Positions 28,817 through 43,039 of a stretch of DNA of 64,000 nucleotides are shown one piece after another (position 1 is the first letter of the stretch; every line of letters starts with the position of its first letter). The notes below the pieces were generated by a model. It ran no database searches, had not been told where the DNA came from, and was given only the letters and a program-made list of their open reading frames with translations. Source of the DNA: Eledone cirrhosa. Its lineage: Eukaryota. A program made the position numbers and the translations under genes. The stretch lies in NCBI GenBank assembly GCA_964016885.1, contig OZ024741.1:365738001-365802000 (forward strand). Direction: 5' to 3'.

Positions 28817-29186
28817 TGGATCGGCAGTATCGGTAGAGGGTCGGACGCCATGCTTTCCAGCATAGTTACGTCCCTTTACGATCTGAGTTCAAATCCCGCC
28901 GAGGTTGACTTTGCCTTTCATCCTTACGGGGTCGATAAAATAAAGTACCAGTAATGCACTGGGTAATTGCTGGCCTTGTGCCTAAAGTAGAAACAATTAT
29001 GAGGGCGATGGATTGGCAGTATCGGTAGAGAGTCGGACGCCATGCTTTCCTGCATAGTTACGTCCCTTTATGGTCTGAGTTCAAATCCCGCCGAGGTTTA
29101 CTTTGCCTTTCATCCTTACGGGGTCGATAAAATAAAGTACCAGTAATGCACTGGGTAATTGCTGGCCTTGTGCCTGAAGTAGAAAC

Positions 29187-29191
<5 letters not shown>
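28817..29191 (+). mobile_element. Tandem pair of near-identical octopus-type SINEs (other copies ~5700-5830, ~47279-47463, ~56140-56285)
   Basis: Two ~190-bp direct copies; B box GAGTTCAAATCC. Confidence 0.8.
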
Positions 29192-29238
<47 letters not shown>

Positions 29239-30254
29239 ACCGCTCATCTATGAAACCACGTGTGGAACCTCAAAGATACTGGAAAGATCAACCTATATCA
29301 ATGAAGCGATATTCTGCCAGTCATGCAGCGTGGAGGAGTGGAATATACTCCCATAACTGTTTTCGAAATATAACTGCTTAAATACGCAGTTCGATCGTTT
29401 CATTCGTTCCCTCGATGAAACGAAGTTCAATTTTGAAGAAAGCTTATAGTTGTTTAGGTACATCGTTTGCTAAGAATCTATAGCAATGAATTAGTCGTTT
29501 TATGTATAGTTAAATATTGACCCAGATCCCATCAGGCATTATGATGAAAAGTATTCAGCTGAAACTATTCTGCATTATTTTGCAGGCCTTATAACTCCAC
29601 CGGTCAAAGTTTAGTCAATATGTGATTCTTTACTTGTTTAATTTGGATGTAATTGGAGGAAGATTTATCAACTATCTAGAGCAAGTAGGGTGATACAAAG
29701 AGAAACATGGAGTAGATATAAATCTGTTATAGTTACTGTTCTGTTTTTTGTTTGCTTTTTGTTTGTTTTGCTGTTGTGTTATTCTGGCCAATGAAATCTG
29801 CGGATGTCAAATTAAATGCATTTCATCTATGACACTGTGAACGCAGAAATCCGTAATCTTCATTTTTATTTTTAGCACAAGAACATAGATTTCCTTATTG
29901 TTTCTAGCAGATCGAGCAGGCTCGTAACTGCGCCTTCGAACGATTTATCTGTTTTATGACATTTTTCATTTAACGAAGATATTTTCAGCGTCTTAACGGC
30001 TTTAATGTCCCAAGTGTATTTTCACGAATCGGTGAGGTAGGCTCTGTGAGGTTAATCCCTTTTTTAGATATATTAGCCAAATCTCCCTAACCAAGACTCT
30101 CTACTTTAAGAAAATACAGACATTCGATATTGCAGTCCAGTGTACTACATGTCAATACTAGGCAGCACGGGCATGGCTGGATTGTCTTTGATTATACGAC
30201 TGCTCCATTAGTATCGACTTTAGGTTAAAAAAAACACTAGGTAAATAAAGAATA

Positions 30255-30293
30255 TAGCAGCAACTGCAATAACAACGACAACAACAGCAACTG

Positions 30294-30340
<47 letters not shown>

Positions 30341-30420
30341 GTAGCCAAAAGAGCACCAGCAACTACAGCGACTAGAACGGCAATAGCAGCAGCAACGATA
30401 ACAATAACAATAATGCTACA
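30255..30420. repeat. (TAC)n/(AAC)n/(AGC)n trinucleotide cluster
   Basis: Direct reading. Confidence 0.9.
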
Positions 30421-32077
30421 AGCATAAAATCAAGAGTAATAAAAACAATATAAAACAGCAACAACAGTTATTGAAAGGCACGCGTGGCAGATTCCCGCGG
30501 TTTGGTATCAAAACTGTTAAATTTTATTTACTTTATTTTCAGTTTGTGAAATTTGTTTTTAGCTTGAAGATTGTGTTTACAAAATATTTAAGCAAATTTT
30601 CAAAATCCGTCGGGGTGTGTAAGCTAGACGGACGAGTCATGTTGTTCTATACGTAAGGGAATATGTACAATACAAATTACACATTTCATCTAGTCACAGA
30701 CAGAGAACGATAGAGGTTATAGATAGCAGAGTATCCAAATCTATCAATGCAGGATAAGGACCAGTCCACCTCGGACATGATGGAGAAGACATTGCCCGAA
30801 GGATGGCGAAGGAGACGCACTGGAACAGCCACTCTACCTCGCGGAGCTCGCACATGCCGATAGACAACTCTGCTCCTATAGCACATACAAAAACAAAAAT
30901 CCTAGATGTTTAATTGTTTCTTCCACCACAAAAGGAGGTAGACAGTCAGTGTTCGAAACTGTAAATAATCCAAAATAATCTTTTTTTTTCATTAAGTACA
31001 AAACGTGTAAACTGTTACTATCATGCAGTTATGTCTAAGCTGATCTACTCTTTTCAAAGTCTAAACGCAGAGAATCTGGTATTGCCACGAATCTGTTATC
31101 ATCTTAATCATAATAGAAGATATAGGATGTGTGGCTAAAATTTTTGATGGCAGTTTCAAGATGTATATGGAGGTGAATTTTTTGAGTAGACAAAATTCTT
31201 GTTTCCTTGACACAGAAAGAACAATATGAAAGTTGATAAATACCCAATGCCGCAGAAGACACAGTGAGACAATGAGGGGGGATTATTTTAATAACACATC
31301 TTTCTAACATTTGTGAAGTGGAAAATCGATATTATCGACCCTAGTGCTCTATTTTATAGATTTGGAAAGATGAAAGATAAAGCCGACCTCAACAGTATTT
31401 GTACACAGGAACTACAGTGCCCTAACTAAGCACCAGTAAGCAGTTTGCTCAATAAAATTGCTTCAGCCAATCCACAATTGAATTCATTCACGAGCCCCGT
31501 GATTGGACAAGAAGGAAAATTCGATTACATTTCACTAATACTTTATTTTACAGGCCTCGGAAGAATGAAAAACAAACCTGACCTTGATGAGGATTGAACT
31601 TATAACCTAAAGAGATGTAACTAAATACAGCTAAGCATTTTGTCCAACGCTCTAACGATTCTGCCAATTCCGGAAACAGGAACAAATTCAACAACAACAA
31701 AAATAATAATCGAACATTCTTTTTTCGATATTGCATTATTTCTATTAATTCCATTACCACGTAAATTTCATTATCGATATTGCATTAATTCTATTATCAC
31801 TGACCTTACATGCGTCTAGAATTGAGCAGAAGCTTTGAAGAGAAAATCATGAGCACAGCATCAACCTATTTGTAGAAGATTCTTAATTAAGCACATATTT
31901 TAATAATATGGATCCTTTTTAACAATTATAAAAGGAAGAGTTCTGGAAGAAACAAGATAGAGATAGAGATATTCAAAAGGAGATAGTAAGAAGAGTGATT
32001 GGAGTGAGAGGGGAGAGAGAGGGAGGGAGAGAGAAAGAAAGAGATAATTGGATGGAGAGAGAGAGAAAGAGAGAATT

Positions 32078-32127
<50 letters not shown>

Positions 32128-32487
32128 CTACAAAACAAAGCAGTTTTTAGAAACTCTATTATAAAAATGCATCCATTAATTTTGGAGACTAATAAACGCG
32201 AGATCTTTGTTGCAGGAAGACAACTAATGTGATGTTGGATGTACAATGCTGGGAAATCTCAATAAATTACAATATAAACACTAGACAACAAAATTGGGGT
32301 GTGGTTATAGACGACTTCATCGATACGAGTACTCTATTTGTACTTTATTTTAACACATCGAATCGATATAAATTAAAGTTCACATCAGCCTAATTTGAAC
32401 TCAAAGCTCTGTAGATTTTAGTAATCTATATATAATACAAATGAAAGATGTTTATTGGTTGGTTGGTTGTTGGTTGAATCACACGAA

Positions 32488-32560
<73 letters not shown>

Positions 32561-32682
32561 CACACACAAAAAAAATCATACACACACATCTAAAGAGAGA
32601 CACAGGCGGGGAGGCAGAAAGAGAGAGATAGGCCGTTATACAGAGAGAGATACAATTAAATAAAAATAAAGTGTTAGATATT

Positions 32683-32733
<51 letters not shown>

Positions 32734-32890
32734 ACGTCCCACGAAAGTCTAGAAGCGGCTTAAACTATAGATCCTTTGATCTATAGGAAGGTTATTGAAT
32801 TAGCTTTTATAAAGTCCTTTTACAGGCTTTGATTTTACAGAACAAAGAAAAATTGATACTGTTTCAAATTAATCTACCCTCCAGCTTTTA

Positions 32891-33201
32891 TCCATATACT
32901 ACTTACAGACCATACTAACGAAGCAATGTTATGTGGTATATGCTGTGTTTCAGATGACGTCTTTTGGAACTGAAGAAGATCATACTGACTATGGTTATTT
33001 CACAACATTTAAAATCCAAGGCCAATGCTACCATTTAATCAACAGTTTGCTCCCCCAACCTAATAAGTAAGTTTTATAGTTGTTTTTTTATTCATGTCTC
33101 TCTCTCTAACACATACATTACCGTCTCACCTCATACCAGACAACACATCCAGTACAGTCGTTTTCTCAGTTCTTCCGGGCGAAGTCGGGTACCTCAGCTA
33201 G
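32891..33201 (+). mobile_element. Putative non-autonomous Helitron
   Basis: 3' end ccgggcgaagtcgggtacctcagCTAG|t; tentative 5' a|TC at 32891. Confidence 0.45.
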
Positions 33202-33652
33202 TTCGTAAATAAATAAGTATGCCATTAAGTAATGTATGTGAGTGAAATTGAATTATTGTTTTCCTTTTTTCATCTACTGTATTTCTCCCACCTTCTCGTG
33301 TACAATACTGTAAAACCCTTTAGTGATACCATCATCATTCCCTCCGCAAGAGTAGTGAAGATTTATTCTTCACTGAAGAGGCGAAACAATACCGAAAGTC
33401 GGGCGTAGATTTCTTCCGTACTCAGAGATGTACTGGAAATAATATTTAATCATTAAAGTAATGTCATATTTTCCAGGCCAGGTAATTATTTCGCATTAGA
33501 TATTGTATACTTATTTTATTTTAAATACATTAGCACCAATTTATCTATTGCGTCGTCATAGAAGCCAAGCTGTATCGAGAAATACATTTCCCTTGGGAGA
33601 ACATAGATCTATTGTAAACAAACTTGCGCGCACACACACACACATATATATA

Positions 33653-33723
<71 letters not shown>

Positions 33724-33744
33724 GTTATTCCGGGTTGAATCGGA

Positions 33745-34449
33745 GGTAGCCACAGTAAGTAAGGTACCCAATACATTGCAGAGTATACAAGTCTTAATAT
33801 AGTTGAGATTCTACAGGACTAGAACTGTTCCATTCTTTAGAAGTCATCAGGAATCTGGGTATCAAAAAATAAATATGGTATTTATAGGTCTTTTCAGGTG
33901 GTAGGAGAGGGTAGGGAGTGGGATAGGTAGAGGTCATTGGTTGATAGAAAAGGGAATTCATTAAAAGCTAATTCTTTAAAGCTATAATTTATATTTAGAG
34001 TAACAAAGGCAGAAAGAATTCTATAACCAAGTTCAGAATGAGGTGCCACTCGTTATTTTTAAGTTTCTCTTAAGCTAGCAATGCCTAGATTTCAGGTGTC
34101 TATAAGATCATTGGGCGTCAGTCATGGTTGATGGATTTAAAGAAAAGGGAAATTCTTTAAAAGCTAATTCTTTAAGGTTCTGCTTAGTGACAAAGGCCTA
34201 AAGAATTCTATAGACCAGTTCAAAATATTGAGTGCATATCATACGATTATCTTCAAATTTCTCTTAAACTATATTCCAAAAGTCAACAGACACATTCACA
34301 AACACACACACTCACACACTCGCGCGCACCCACTCAGACACACACATACATATACATATACATATATATATATAAACATATATATACATATATATACATA
34401 TATATACATATATATACATATACACATATATATATACACTCATACACAC

Positions 34450-34488
<39 letters not shown>

Positions 34489-34515
34489 TTAAACCATATA
34501 AGCATATATACATAC

Positions 34516-34546
<31 letters not shown>

Positions 34547-34629
34547 CACATACATACACATATATATACATGCATATACACACATACACACATGTACACA
34601 TAAGCACACATATACACATACATACACAT

Positions 34630-34674
<45 letters not shown>

Positions 34675-35018
34675 GATATAGATATATATATATACATACA
34701 CACGTATGCATATATACAAATATATACACATATACATACATATACACACACATATATATATATACATATATATATATAATACATATATACATATACATAC
34801 ACATACACTTATATATACATATACACACATACACACACATACATACACACATACATATATACATATATACATATATACATATATACACACATATACACAC
34901 ATACATATACATACGCATATACACACATACACAAAAACATACATATACACGCATATACATATATACACACACACATGTACATATATACATACATATATAT
35001 ACACATATACACATACAC

Positions 35019-35107
<89 letters not shown>

Positions 35108-35156
35108 CACACATATACATATATATACATATACATATACACATACATATATACAT

Positions 35157-35199
<43 letters not shown>

Positions 35200-36083
35200 T
35201 ATACACATACATATACATATATATATACAATACATACATACAAAACATACATACACATACATACACATACATCCACATATATACATATATATATATATAT
35301 ATAAAACATGAGAAGAAAGAATACTGCGTGGTTGCACATGGGTTACATATGATAAAAATAGTCCTTCGTCAGTGATTTTCCAACCTTCATTGGTATTTCA
35401 TCGCTTTAAAAATCATATACCTCCGGTTGGTGCGAGCAATAGCTAAATAAAGCTATTGGGGCAAGTAAATCGCGTAAAGCGGGCGAGACAAGTAAACAAA
35501 CAAGGAAGGATTGATAGCAACATATATATATATATACAAATAAGTACTCAATAAATATACGTATATACACAGGCACATAAAAACAGCTCTACAGGCAGAA
35601 CATGCAGATAGGTAAGAGGTACTCACATAACCATAGTGGCCGTATTTCAAGTTGAGGAGGGGTGGGAAAGAGGTAGAGGGGCTAAATGGAGGAAGTCGTT
35701 TTTAGCCATCGGGCTTTAACGATGGCTTAAATGATCTATAGACGCCTGATGATCTTAGACGCCCAAGGATCTTATAGACACCTGAAATCTAGACATTGTT
35801 AGATTAAGAGAAACTTAAAAATATGGAGTGGCACCCCATTCTGAACTTGTTTATAGAATTCTTTCTGCCTTTCTTACTCTAAATATAAATTATAACTTTA
35901 AAGAATTAGCTTTTAATGAATTCCCTTTTCTATCAACCAATGACCTCTCCCTATCCCACTCCCTACTCTCTCCTACCACCTGAAGAGACCTATAAATATC
36001 ATATTTATTTTTTGATACCCAGATTCCTGATGACTTCTAAAGAATGAAACAGTTCTAGTCCTGTAGAATCTCATCTATATTAA

Positions 36084-36085
<2 letters not shown>
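33745..36085. mobile_element. Inverted pair of pLTR-type repeats (~33800-34110 / ~35775-36080) around a compound microsatellite; HHR-like motif at 36022-36060 (+)
   Basis: Arms are reverse complements; CTGATGA cttctaaagaat GAAA cagt TC; family also at ~7665-7780 and ~26265-26400. Confidence 0.7.
34290..35303. repeat. ~1-kb compound (TA/CA/TACA) microsatellite
   Basis: Direct reading. Confidence 0.95.
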
Positions 36086-36127
<42 letters not shown>

Positions 36128-36129
<2 letters not shown>

Positions 36130-36702
36130 TGAAAAGAATGAAATGAAATGAAATTTTTCACTCTTAGTACGGCTGATACTTAAATATAAGTATGTATACG
36201 TACATACATATATATATACATACTACTGTACATCTGTATACTTATATGTATGTACGTATGCATAGTTATATTTAAGTATCAGCCGTACTAAGAGTGAGAA
36301 ATTTCATTTCATTTCATTCTTTTCCATTTATCGTTTTCGGTACGCCCGGCCGACTAACTCACTCGATATGCAAATTAAGCTGCTCAGCCGTTAATATGCA
36401 TAAGGAAAGTATATACTTTCAAACGTTCAATCATCTGACAGGAAGGTACACGATGCTGACGATAGCTAATAAGCTTGAAACTAGTTCATCGTTCCTTTGT
36501 CAGTTTTGAACAAAAGGGCGACGATGGTTGCCGAACACTGTACGGCTTAATTCGGGCCGTTTGTTTACAAACAAACCGACCATTATAATAAATGTACGGT
36601 AAACCCATACGTACATATATATATGTGTGCATGTATGTATATATATACACACTACTGTACGTCTGTATACATATATGTATGTACGTATACATACTTATAT
36701 TT
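36128..36702 (+). mobile_element. HHR-bearing ~430-bp repeat unit with terminal redundancy and an inverted 5' segment; HHR at 36451-36491
   Basis: cgatg CTGACGA tAGCT aata AGCTt GAAA ctag TT catcg; homologous to the 56292-57259 tandem array. Confidence 0.75.
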
Positions 36703-36717
36703 ATATATATATATATA

Positions 36718-37235
36718 TAATAAAATAACAGGAGGCTGGACTGGTGTAATTCCTTAAAAGGTTTACTATACTATGATCATTTCAATGACCGGGTTCAGTA
36801 TAAATCGGTGACAACATCAGGTATTCGAAATATAACAAAGGAATATAATAGACAAAATCAGGTATTCGAAATATAACAAAGGAATATAATAGACAAAATC
36901 CATGGTGCTGAAAGTCACATGTCTCTGACTTTCAGCACCATGGATTTTGTCTATTATATTCCTTTGTTATATTTCGAATACCCGATGATGTCACCGGATT
37001 CATACTGAACCCGGTCATTGAAATGATCATAGTATAATAAACCTTTTAAGGAATTAAACCAGTCCAGCCTCCTGTTATTTTATAATAATTAACTCCGTAC
37101 TAGCACCACCAACTACACAAACGAAGACGGGTGAGTTGCATTACGTCGAGTGCTCTCCATAATATTACATCGAGGTTGACCATGCGGAATGACCAGTTCT
37201 ATCCAGTGGTGAACCAACAAACCTAAATAAATAAA
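36718..37235. mobile_element. Fold-back element (arms ~36718-36917 / 36926-37085) with HHR in each arm and a 3' tail
   Basis: Consensus atac CTGATGA ..accgg..ccggt.. GAAA tgatca TA gtat; 41-bp tandem duplication in the left arm. Confidence 0.75.
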
Positions 37236-37255
37236 TAAATATATATATATATATG

Positions 37256-37393
<138 letters not shown>

Positions 37394-38166
37394 AGAAATT
37401 GTAACGCCAAATTAGTTTCGGTTCGCCAAAGTGAACACTCGATGCATAGTCTACAATATCTACTTTGGGGTGGAATGAAACTAAGTGTAATAATAATATA
37501 ATATAGACAAGGTGTCAAATTTTCATTACATGTATTGAGATACGATGTGCGTTTCGCGGTTGATCAGCTCAAAGTTCAATCTGTATCGATCGGACCCAAC
37601 TCTGGAATCAAATGCTCCTCAGACAATGACGGAATGATTCCCGTACAACGTTAGGAAAATATATATGCTTTGTTTTACTAAATATAAATATTATTATACC
37701 TCTATAGTGTAAAGGATTTTTATCCTTAATGTTCACGGACCTTTTAATGGTATAATTGGATCGAGGGTATTAATTTCAAACTATATTTTCTGATATTTTT
37801 GGTGAGCTATTTTTAGCTTTCCTCTGAATTGTTAGACTGTTAAACGCTATAATTGAACTGGATACCTTGGAAAGTAAAACACAGTTTATTTTTTATTAAA
37901 ACGTGTACGTTTCTAGCTCTTAAGGTTGGTTGTCTACTTAGCTTTGATACCAACACAAGTCAATTCATTAAAATTCCGTTGCATATGTTTATACACACAC
38001 GCCCAAATATATATATATATATATATATCAAGTAAGGATATTTTCGAAACAGCGAGTTGGTTTGAAATTATTAGAAATGTAAGCTATCGCCGTATTTTGA
38101 CTAAAGAAATTAAAGAAATTATTCAACTTGATAGTACCCTCGGAGAAATGGAAAAAGACGAGTATT

Positions 38167-38237
38167 GACGTACATGGGAGTCGAAACCACATCTTTGGTT
38201 ATCCGGACCACTGTGCTACCATTTACACCAACACATC
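38167..38237 (-). pseudogene. tRNA-like sequence (pseudo-tRNA or SINE head)
   Basis: Cloverleaf by eye: GATGTGT/GTACGTC acceptor, GTGT-AAATGGTA-GCAC D arm, TTCGACT T loop; atypical anticodon loop CCGGATA. Confidence 0.5.
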
Positions 38238-38451
38238 ACGCGTCTCTTTCCATTCAAATTACAAGCTATAAACTTAGCGACTGTAATGTCAAGTAAGGAT
38301 ATTTTCGAAACAGCGAGTTGGTTTGAAATTATTATTGAAATTATTATTGGAATTATTATTGAAATTATTATTGAAATTACTATTCTTAACCCCACTATCA
38401 GGCTAAATAATTTCTTTAATTTCTTTAGTCAAAATACGGCGATAGCTTACA

Positions 38452-38489
<38 letters not shown>

Positions 38490-38494
<5 letters not shown>

Positions 38495-40979
38495 AAAGTT
38501 TTATTTAAAATGTTGGGTTACAACGAGTAAATATTTTATAACTGATATAAAAGCACTCAACAGATTTTGGAGTATTTTACGATATTAAACAAATGGAAAT
38601 TACATTTATAAAACCATATTTATTTCATTATATATATTTCAGGGATATCATATTAAAAATATGGTATGCCCTCTTCAGACAAAATACAATATATAGACAG
38701 TTTTATAAATAAATTTGACATACCTTAGAGTTTACAACTTCCATTTAAAAAGTTGTTACGGTAGTGAAAATGTTAAGGACGGTTAGAAAGAAAGACGGAG
38801 AAAAAAAGGAAAAAAGGAAAAAGAAAAAGAAGGAGAAAAGAAAAAAAGAAAAAGAAAGAGCGAAAGGTGAAGAAGATGAAGAAATCTATGTAAAGGGAAA
38901 ACCACCAAATGAGAGATCTATGAGGGAAGGGGGTACTGTAATTATTCATTTGTTTATTTATTTATTTAGTGTTAAGGATACGGGGAGAAATAAAAACAAA
39001 AATAAATAAGAAGAGGTAGATCGAGTAATATCTATTATACGAAGTGGGAGAGATAGGGGAGGGGTGATATACAGGAGATGGAGTTAAAACAGTCGATATA
39101 AGAGTAGAGGTAGGAGGAGAGGAGATATACTTATAAACAAAAATGATAGTTTTAAAATATTATGTTTCATCAGTCTATCAATTCCTATGAATTATAATGT
39201 AAACAACAATATTCATGAATGAGACACATATCAATAATGTGTGAAAAAATAGTGACTCTATGTTTATTTTTAAAATGCATAGGTTTATAATCAAAATCTG
39301 AGATAAAACCTCAAAAAATACTGGAATACATAGGTATATATGTATTTTCATGAAAAAAGAGAAAAGAGAAAGAAAAAGAGAAGGTTATCTCAAACTGACA
39401 TTATAGACACATGTGAGTTTACATGATCAGCTCTGTAAATTTTTATTTCACATGGAAATCTTCCTTGCGTTAAAAAGATTTTACCATACAGATAAGTGTA
39501 CATACATATATATATACATAAAATATACATTATATTAAAATATTAAAAACGCCAAGAATATTTTTCTCCCCATAATATCTAGGGCCGTAATAAAAACACA
39601 GTGTGCCCAGCATATCAATCAATCCCTCCAATTTATTTGACAATATTGCCAAGTTTATTACAAGCAATCAGAGTCAAAAGCAAACAAAACCAAAATTATT
39701 CACCAAACCTATTTAGCAGAAATCATTCAAAAAAAAACTTTAGGATACTCGGTTGTTCTACAGATGCTCTTATATTTATTCTAGAAGTTTATCTAGCTTA
39801 AAAATGTTATTCAATAGATTTGGATCATCACCGTTTTAAGGTAGTTTAATTACATTATTAATTATATATTCATGAAGAAGGTTTAAAGAATTGAAGGAAT
39901 CGAAAGATTTATCGCCAAGTTTTCTAAAATAATTAAAAGTCTTAAGTAAATATATTACATTTTAAACTTATATTTATATTTAAAAGTTGAGTTCAATCTA
40001 TGTCTGCAGCAACTGAATAAATTGGTCCGTAAATTAAGGGAATTTTTAGATTTTAGTATAAAGAATATCTCCTCTGCGCAGAGGTCACATGTCTCAGAGG
40101 AGGAATTAAAAGGAATCCCTCTTGAGACTATATTCCAAACCGTCGAATATCCAACGTTATCATGTTTAAGTTGCCAGAGTAAGCCTGATAGTGATGTTGA
40201 AGATTTTTTGTTTGGATCTGTGAAAGAATTCTTGTGATTATTATAGCGAAGTTTAAATTCTGTCGAGGTGGAACCAACATAATTAAAAGAATTTAAGTCA
40301 GTTTTAACATTACAGTTGTATATTATATTTTTAACTAAGCAATTGTTATTTAACGGGCATTTAGATCTATCTCTACAGTTACAGTTATTTACAATTTAAT
40401 ATTTTAAAACTATCATTTTTGTTTCTAAGTATATCTCCTCTCCTCCTACCTCTACTCTTATATCGACTGTTTTAACTCCATCTCCTGTATATCACCCCTC
40501 CCCTATCTCTCCCACCTCGTATAATAGATATTACTCGATCTACCTCTCCTTATTTATTTTTGTTTTTATTTCTCCCCGTATCCTTAACACTAAATAAATA
40601 AATAAACAAATGAATAATTACAGTACCCCCTTCCCTCATAGATCTCTCATTTGGTGGTTTTCCCTTTACATACATTTCTTCATCTTCTTCACCTTCCGCT
40701 CTTTCTTTTTCTTTTTTTCTTTTCTCCTTCTTTTTCTTTTTCCTTTTTTCCTTTTTTTCTCCGTCTTTCTTTCTAACCGTCCTTAACATTTTCACTACCG
40801 TAACAACTTTTTAAATGGAAGTTGTAAACTCTAAGGTATGTCAAATTTATTTATAAAACTGTCTATATATTGTATTTTGTCTGAAGAGGGCATACCATAT
40901 TTTTAATATGATATCCCTGAAATATATATAATGAAATAAATATGGTTTTATAAATGTAATTTCCATTTGTTTAATATCG

Positions 40980-40980
<1 letters not shown>
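38490..40980 (-). mobile_element. 5'-truncated PLE with ~570-bp inverted pLTR (38580-39155 / 40400-40980); HHR motif in both arms (40877-40934 on +)
   Basis: Near-identical IR arms; CTGAAGA gggcata..tatccct GAAA tatata TA; internal GIY-YIG; (TA)n on both flanks. Confidence 0.85.
39955..40395 (-). CDS. Uninterrupted PLE GIY-YIG endonuclease domain (no start codon; missed by the ORF track)
   Basis: NNCNCRDRSKCPLNNNCLVKNIIYNC..YVGSTSTEFKLRYNNHKNSF..WNIV..CDLCAEE..LNLRTNLFSCCRHR. Confidence 0.85.
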   Translation of the reverse strand: MVNNCNCRDRSKCPLNNNCLVKNIIYNCNVKTDLNSFNYVGSTSTEFKLRYNNHKNSFTDPNKKSSTSLSGLLWQLKHDNVGYSTVWNIVSRGIPFNSSSETCDLCAEEIFFILKSKNSLNLRTNLFSCCRHRLNSTFKYKYKFKM

Positions 40981-41010
<30 letters not shown>

Positions 41011-41067
41011 GTGAGGTTCTTTTTTACAAAATGAAAAATAACCGAGGTGTCCTACACGAGTGAAAGT

Positions 41068-41335
41068 ATAAAGAAAAAGAGATGAAATCGAAAATGCAAC
41101 TGAAGTCTTATTTTTCTTAAAAATATATATATTTATTTGGTTCCTTTACCGGTTTCGCAGTTCTTCTGCTTTTCAAAAGGTGAGTTGAGATGGAGGGTCT
41201 GTGGGTTTTCTCATCACTGTGGTTTTTCTCTTTTGAAAAGCAGAAGAACTGCGAAACCGGTAAAGGAACCAAATAAATATATATATTTTAAAAAAAAATA
41301 AGACTTCAGTTGCATTTTCGATTTCATCTCTTTTT

Positions 41336-41342
<7 letters not shown>
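41068..41342. repeat. ~110-bp inverted repeat carrying an HHR 3' half (GAAA ccgg TA)
   Basis: 41068-41179 is the reverse complement of 41230-41342. Confidence 0.7.
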
Positions 41343-41377
<35 letters not shown>

Positions 41378-41636
41378 ACAGTCGGGGCCCGGCGACCGAA
41401 CTGCTGTCCTTACAGCAGTTAATTCCAGACTGTCTAAACGACAAGCGCTTAGCCGTAGAGCTCCGATTCTTTCTAATATTGTCACAGTCTAATATCCCCA
41501 GTATCGAGTACTCTGCTGAAGAATGATTTTTGTTTACTGGTTTAATACTGGTTCAATCCAGATTTATACAGACTTTGAATGTCCAATTCACATACGAACA
41601 CGTAGGCATCAGATACATGTGAATCGTTACACGCAC

Positions 41637-41748
<112 letters not shown>

Positions 41749-42079
41749 ACACACACACATACACACACACACACACACACATGCATATACACGTGTATAA
41801 GTACGCGCAAATATGCCCTACATATTGCATTCCAACAGCCACACACGACCATTTACAAAAAAATAAGGCCGATGCTTATATATATATATACCCATCATCT
41901 CACAAATCACAACAAACTCTGTATTTATATGTCGTTTCACCAGTCTGTAGAGCAGATCAATAATAGAGTCGGGTTCATAACCTCTATTGGTGACCCTGAG
42001 CCAATCCTATGCGAAACGCGCGTAACAAGTCGATACACAATAAAAATACAAATACACTTAAACGAAACTTCATCCTTTT

Positions 42080-42113
<34 letters not shown>

Positions 42114-42349
42114 TAAATGAAGTAATTCCGTCGGAAAAGTCCAGGAAATATATATATATATTATGTTTAGACAACAGAACGTGTGTATAAGATACAGGCG
42201 TCTTGTCGAATTTATGACAGTACTTAATTAGCTCAATGCTTGAAAGCAGAGCCGTTATATGAAACGAAAACAAAAAGCGCTTACACCATCAATTAATGCA
42301 ACAAGTATGTATGGCAACAAGTGTTATAGGTGGCGTTCAAATGCAATTT

Positions 42350-42765
42350 ATCTGTGTGGTTCACAGAACATATAGGTCGCTAAAGCAAAGCGTAGTGGAA
42401 GCAATCATGATGGATATCCATGATGATTGCTTTCACCTGCTTCCACTACGCTTTGCTTTAGCGACCTATATGTTCTGTGAACCACACAGATATCTGGTGG
42501 TCTCCAGCAGAAGCAAGGGGAACAACCGTCTGTGCATTTCAGGCTTGACTGGCATTCCTCAGGACGGTACCTGTTCAGCTTCATATGCAAATGAGATTAA
42601 TCACCGCATTTACCATTTACTCAGACGAGAAAACTACATATTCTCGACTGTTTTCAAGTTCAGCAATCGCAAGCAGTGGGAGGGACCGTCCTGAGGAATG
42701 CCAATCAAGCCTGAAATGCACAGACGGTTGTCCCTCTTGCTGCTGCTGGACATCACCAGATATAT
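42350..42765. repeat. Two abutting inverted repeats; the second carries HHR-like motifs (42686-42727 on +)
   Basis: IR 42350-42403/42438-42492 and 42490-42570/42684-42763; ccgtc CTGAGGA..GAAA tgca CA gacgg. Confidence 0.65.
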
Positions 42766-42790
42766 ATATACACACACACTAACATATATA

Positions 42791-42908
<118 letters not shown>

Positions 42909-42924
42909 TATATATATATTATAT

Positions 42925-42985
<61 letters not shown>

Positions 42986-42989
42986 GACC

Positions 42990-43039
<50 letters not shown>

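Noticed and set aside
30686-30886. GC-richer 66-aa ORF as a host exon
   Set aside because: No recognisable domain or splice context; could be a repeat fragment
33373-33400. CTGAAGA..GAAA motif (also isolated CTGACGA at ~6256 and ~21097)
   Set aside because: No convincing stem I/II pairing; likely chance
34228-35339. Long ORFs rich in YI/HT/CV (also near 4.1, 9.4, 17.0, 41.5 and 42.7 kb)
   Set aside because: Translations of TA/CA/TG microsatellites, not genes
38764-40795. Two near-identical Lys-rich 81-aa ORFs on opposite strands
   Set aside because: Antisense readings of a pyrimidine-rich PLE 3'UTR duplicated by the inverted repeat
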